Virus record (IMG/VR): IMGVR_UViG_3300037484_000147 | Location: 1-29,679 of that record | DNA from: a virus | Lineage: Duplodnaviria; Caudoviricetes | Direction: 5' to 3' (one strand) | Length of the DNA: 29,679 nt | In this document: piece after piece, positions 26,410 to 29,679 of the stretch | Layout of the letters: each line of letters begins with the position of its first letter | Numbering within the stretch: position 1 is the first letter of the stretch | Translations under genes and position numbers: made by a program | The notes under the pieces: generated by a model | Told to the model about the DNA's origin: nothing | Seen by the model: the letters and a program-made list of their open reading frames with translations, nothing else | Databases searched by the model: none

Positions 26410-26757
26410 ATGGGAGACCGCATCCCGCCCGTCCTGCGCTATGGGCACGTCGAGCTCAGGGTCGTGAGGCTCTCGGCCGACGAGTTGCACAAGCTCAACA
26501 ACGAGAAGCCGGGATCTGGAGATGCCATCAGCGGCTACCACGATACGCAGGATACGACGATCGCCGTGGCCAACTCGAACGACATCCGGCCGGTTCGGGC
26601 CTGGTCGGTCCTGCTGCACGAGTTCTTCCACGAGGCTGAGGACCAGGCCGGACTTGAGCTAAAGGAAACACTCATTGATTGGGCGGCGTGGTCGATGTTG
26701 AACATGCTTCTGAGCAACCCGGAACTGCAGGGGTTGATACTGGAGGACTTGGCGTGA
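26410..26757 (+). CDS. Small HExxH metallopeptidase-like protein (ImmA/IrrE-like fold)
   Basis: AGGAGG RBS before ATG 26410; G.H......I.V, VLLHEFFHE, downstream E..ID. Confidence 0.65.
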   Translation: MGDRIPPVLRYGHVELRVVRLSADELHKLNNEKPGSGDAISGYHDTQDTTIAVANSNDIRPVRAWSVLLHEFFHEAEDQAGLELKETLIDWAAWSMLNMLLSNPELQGLILEDLA

Positions 26758-27557
26758 CGATCCTCGTTTTGGATTACTACTCCGGGAATCGTCAGCCAAA
26801 CTTTGGCGTCTTCGGTGCCGCGGGATTTTTGGCGGCCTATCGCAAGTTCTCCATGCAACTCGGGCCAGATTCTGAAATTGACATCGACATCAAAGCCCAG
26901 CGTGACGCTGGCTGGGGCATAGCCGGTACGCATTGGTGTGATCCAGCACCATCGCCGGGGCAGTGGCCCACACAAGCCGACCACTTCCAGCGTCAGATTG
27001 ATCTCTACGATCCTGCCGTTCTGGTGTTGGACGAGGAACAGTATTGGATGCTGTGGTCGGAGTATTGGGCGGGCAAGGTCATCAGCAAGGCCCCGCCCAG
27101 TCGCATCCGGGATAACGTCGCCGCCATCTACGAAATCGTGAAGCGGCGCAACGAGCCAAAGCCCATCCTGCACTACACCGCCCGATGGTTCACGGTATCC
27201 CATTGCCCCCTCTTGGGGCCGTGGATTGGCGACAAGCCCGCCATCCTTGCTGACTACTTCTTCTACGGCAAGAGCACGGGCATCATGCAGATAGATGCAG
27301 AGGGGCTGGCCGACCTCATCCCCGATGTCCTGGCCGACCCCATTGCCACCCCGACCGGAGTGACCAACATCGTCATGCGCCAGTTCGAGTCTCGGCTACA
27401 TCTGGATGGGACGGCTCACAACTATGACATGAATGTTTGGCTGGCCGACGAGGCGCTGTTCTACGAATGGTTCAAGCTGGGCCCGGCTCCGCCAACGCTT
27501 GAGGAGCGCGTGACCGCGCTCGAGCAGACATCCCACACACACGGGGGCAACCCATGA
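26754..27557 (+). CDS. Endolysin, divergent GH25 muramidase-like
   Basis: LD..S.N, G.HW, QADHF, LVLDEE (DxE), I.YT..WF, ADY, RQF, DMN in GH25 order; GGAGG RBS, GTGA overlap. Confidence 0.7.
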   Translation: MTILVLDYYSGNRQPNFGVFGAAGFLAAYRKFSMQLGPDSEIDIDIKAQRDAGWGIAGTHWCDPAPSPGQWPTQADHFQRQIDLYDPAVLVLDEEQYWMLWSEYWAGKVISKAPPSRIRDNVAAIYEIVKRRNEPKPILHYTARWFTVSHCPLLGPWIGDKPAILADYFFYGKSTGIMQIDAEGLADLIPDVLADPIATPTGVTNIVMRQFESRLHLDGTAHNYDMNVWLADEALFYEWFKLGPAPPTLEERVTALEQTSHTHGGNP

Positions 27558-27823
27558 CGGCCAACGGCCTGAAATCCATGCTGATGACGTTCGAGAAGGT
27601 CCTCAACGGCGAGATCCCGCTGGATCCAGATTCGGTGAACACGCTGATGCTCGGAGGCATCGTGGCCGTGCTGGAGGAGACGCGGGGGTTGGGCGAGAAG
27701 ATCGAGAAGCAGGATAAGCGACTCTCAAAGACGGATAGGCGGTTGACCTATGTGGGAATCCTGGCGGCCCTGGCGCTGGGCGCAGTTGCCGCGCACACCG
27801 GATGGACTTGGATAGTGCCGTGA
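27554..27823 (+). CDS. Putative holin-like membrane protein
   Basis: Coupled to lysin; coiled-coil then C-terminal TM (YVGILAALALGAVAA). Confidence 0.45.
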   Translation: MTANGLKSMLMTFEKVLNGEIPLDPDSVNTLMLGGIVAVLEETRGLGEKIEKQDKRLSKTDRRLTYVGILAALALGAVAAHTGWTWIVP

Positions 27824-27905
27824 GTATAGGAATCTTCAATGGCGCGCCCGGCGGCTAAAGAAAACGGGCAAACACTATAACGGGAGGCTTCATGGATGAC
27901 GTGGG

Positions 27906-28049
27906 GTGGTGCGCGCGTACTGTCCGTTCTGCAACGGCTACACGGAGTTCCTCGAAGTAGAGGACGGGCCGATGCTGTGTGAGCACTGTGGGGCGCCGCT
28001 CGAATGGTTACAAATCATGGGGCCATGGAGAGGAGACAACGATGGGTGA
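27906..28049 (+). CDS. 47-aa zinc-ribbon microprotein
   Basis: Manual translation VVRAYCPFCNGYTEFLEVEDGPMLCEHCGAPLEW...; paired CxxC motifs; below ORF-track cutoff; start uncertain. Confidence 0.5.
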   Translation: MVRAYCPFCNGYTEFLEVEDGPMLCEHCGAPLEWLQIMGPWRGDNDG

Positions 28050-28638
28050 CATTCCGCAGGAACTTGAGGATGCGCTGGTTGATTTCATCGACTCGCGGGT
28101 AGAGGCAGGGGGCGGCGGAGGCGAGCCGCAGGCTGCATGGGAGGATGTCACGCGGCACTTCCTGTTGAGATACCGGAGCCGCAAGGATGGCGTATATCTC
28201 GGGAAGTCCGATGACACCTACCGCCCGGGACCAGCGTTCAGCATCGCGGCGGTCAGGACTCCGTTTGGTGTGTTCCTCGATGGCTATGTCCGCTTCGGCT
28301 CCGACTGTGAACGGTTCCGCAACACGCTGGACACCGGCAGCCTGAGCGATGGCTGGGAACTGCATTGCACCGAACCATCGTGGTGGCCATCGGTCGGCGG
28401 GAACGGACTCTGCTACCTCTGGGCGCAGGGCAAGGGGCCGAACACCACGCCGATCTGCGCCTGGGAACAGAAGCCGGACGGGACCTGGGCCCTCGTTCCC
28501 CGGATGACGCCGCTTGACTTCAGCGCCGGCATCTTCTCATGGAACTATCCATGGACCAGCGGCCACTCGATCTGGGTGATGCCGGGCACACACTTCCGCG
28601 TCATCATCGGGCCGTATCGGACTCTAGGAGGTGCCTAG
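28042..28638 (+). CDS. Hypothetical protein (short helix, poly-Gly linker, aromatic beta-rich domain)
   Basis: GAGGAG RBS before ATG 28042, in frame with ORF 27979..28638. Confidence 0.7.
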   Translation: MGDIPQELEDALVDFIDSRVEAGGGGGEPQAAWEDVTRHFLLRYRSRKDGVYLGKSDDTYRPGPAFSIAAVRTPFGVFLDGYVRFGSDCERFRNTLDTGSLSDGWELHCTEPSWWPSVGGNGLCYLWAQGKGPNTTPICAWEQKPDGTWALVPRMTPLDFSAGIFSWNYPWTSGHSIWVMPGTHFRVIIGPYRTLGGA

Positions 28639-28709
28639 CGACCTATTCTGTGAGTCTGTGTGACCTACCCCGTAGGTCGATCCGTGCAAGACAAGCATAG
28701 GAGGTTGTT

Positions 28710-29165
28710 GTGAAAGCACGACTGTTCGTGATCGCTCTGTTCGCCCTCCTCGCCCTGGCCTTCCGCCCGATCATGCAGGCGGCCGGGATCGAGGAGCCGT
28801 GGGCCACTCTGATTTTCGTCCTTCTGGTTCCCGTCATCGTGCAAGGAGTGAAGTTCGTCGCGGACAAGAAGGGCGCCGTTGTCGCGGGCTACGTGAGTCA
28901 GGGCATCTCCATCCTGATCGCCTTCGGCTATGTTCTTGTCACGGGAGGTTTCGCCGCGCTCATCTTGCCACTCTTCCCCGTCTGGGGCGGCGATGTCGTC
29001 GGCTTTGCGCTGGGGATCCTCACATACGCGGGCGAATGGGCCAAGCTGCTACTGCTTGCGGCCGGCTCGATCGAGATCGCCTACCGGCTGGTCCTCAAGG
29101 CGCTCATGGAGAAGGCGGGCTTTGCCACGCGAGCGCAGATCGCCCAACGGGAGGCGAAGAGATAG
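28710..29165 (+). CDS. Multi-pass membrane protein, holin candidate
   Basis: AGGAGG RBS; about 4 hydrophobic segments; basic C-terminus; near lysin. Confidence 0.6.
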   Translation: MKARLFVIALFALLALAFRPIMQAAGIEEPWATLIFVLLVPVIVQGVKFVADKKGAVVAGYVSQGISILIAFGYVLVTGGFAALILPLFPVWGGDVVGFALGILTYAGEWAKLLLLAAGSIEIAYRLVLKALMEKAGFATRAQIAQREAKR

Positions 29166-29362
29166 GTTAGCCTTCCTTCCGCAGGGACGGGCCGCAGCGA
29201 GGGCCGTCGTCACTAAAACGTCATACCGCGCAGCTTTCGGGCATAAGATCGCGGGGCATGGCGCGGGGCGGCGGGATAGCCAGGCCGGGAAGACCTGCCG
29301 GACAATCCCCGGCTCACGGCCGCCGATTTAGGCGACCCAGCGCACAGCGGAGCGACCTGGCC

Positions 29363-29673
29363 GGCCCGTCCCTACAACCCAGGAGATAGAGAAAATGAAA
29401 CTCCCGGACTATCTGCCCGAGTTCTTTGAGGCATTCTCTGAGCAAATCAAGGCCGATGATGTGCGCTGGGGCGATACTTGGAAGCAGCGCTCCGCCGAGG
29501 GCCAAGAAGAACGCATGTATGCCCGCTTCCGAGATTATGAGGACCAGTTCAATAATGGCGGCGTCCCCCTGCCATGGCTGAAGATCGTTGGCGAGGCATT
29601 CATCGGCTGGGTACGCGAGAAGTATCCGGATTACGCGAGCCGCTGATCCCATCATGGCCCGCCCCTACAACCC
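29363..29673 (+). repeat. 18-bp direct repeat (17/18 identical) flanking the last ORF: 29363-29380 and 29656-29673
   Basis: ggcccgtccctacaaccc versus ggcccgcccctacaaccc. Confidence 0.85.
29395..29646 (+). CDS. Hypothetical protein
   Basis: AGGAG RBS, 83-aa helical ORF. Confidence 0.75.
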   Translation: MKLPDYLPEFFEAFSEQIKADDVRWGDTWKQRSAEGQEERMYARFRDYEDQFNNGGVPLPWLKIVGEAFIGWVREKYPDYASR

Positions 29674-29679
29674 CACGAG

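Larger units (their letters stand above)
1..29679 (+). mobile_element. Tailed bacteriophage/prophage segment (siphovirus-like): accessory region, glycosylation cassette, packaging, head, tail and lysis modules
   Basis: Canonical order terS-terL-portal-head-connector-tail tube-chaperones-TMP-tail tip-lysin; no sheath gene seen; tightly overlapping co-oriented ORFs. Free phage versus prophage cannot be decided from this window. Confidence 0.97.

Noticed and set aside
25823-26410. 195-aa + strand ORF
   Set aside because: Overlaps the minus-strand gene, which has a signal peptide, HExxH motif and promoter candidate; the + frame has no recognisable features.
27824-27890. Possible tRNA or riboswitch after the holin-like gene
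   Set aside because: Only a 5-bp stem (gcccg/cgggc); no cloverleaf, T-loop or recognisable aptamer consensus.
28662-28678. Hairpin gacctac-ccc-gtaggtc as terminator
   Set aside because: Short stem with no U-tract; function unsupported.
29142-29172. GCCCAAC...GTTAGCC as another attC-like site
   Set aside because: Only 31 bp, no internal pairing and no match to the internal consensus; probably chance.
29395-29646. Nucleotide pyrophosphohydrolase call for the 83-aa ORF
   Set aside because: Only a vague RWGDTW resemblance; acidic metal-binding motifs are not evident.

Overview
This GC-rich window is a continuous, almost entirely + strand segment of a tailed phage or prophage with siphovirus-type architecture. 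No host genes, integrase, att site, tRNA, rRNA or CRISPR array are recognisable. Region 1-4591 is an accessory region of small, tightly coupled ORFs (ASCH-like fragment, compact C5 cytosine methyltransferase, HNH-like, MazG-like), punctuated by degenerate attC-like palindromes and repeated RBS/start blocks. Region 4588-8730 is a four-gene glycan-modification cassette (GT-A, GT-C-like membrane protein fused to a GT2 domain, SAM methyltransferase, DUF115/Maf-like protein). A small putative regulator and a structured intergenic region follow. Region 9095-25823 is the morphogenesis module: terminase, portal, collagen-like fibre, head morphogenesis protein, fused protease-major capsid protein, connectors, major tail protein, chaperones, short tape measure and two DNRLRE-domain tail-tip proteins. 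The window ends with a reverse-strand secreted HExxH moron, a GH25-like endolysin with holin candidates and a few hypothetical genes. All product calls come from motif recognition and gene order, not database searches. The best leads are the attC-like repeat family and the glycosylation cassette next to the terminase.
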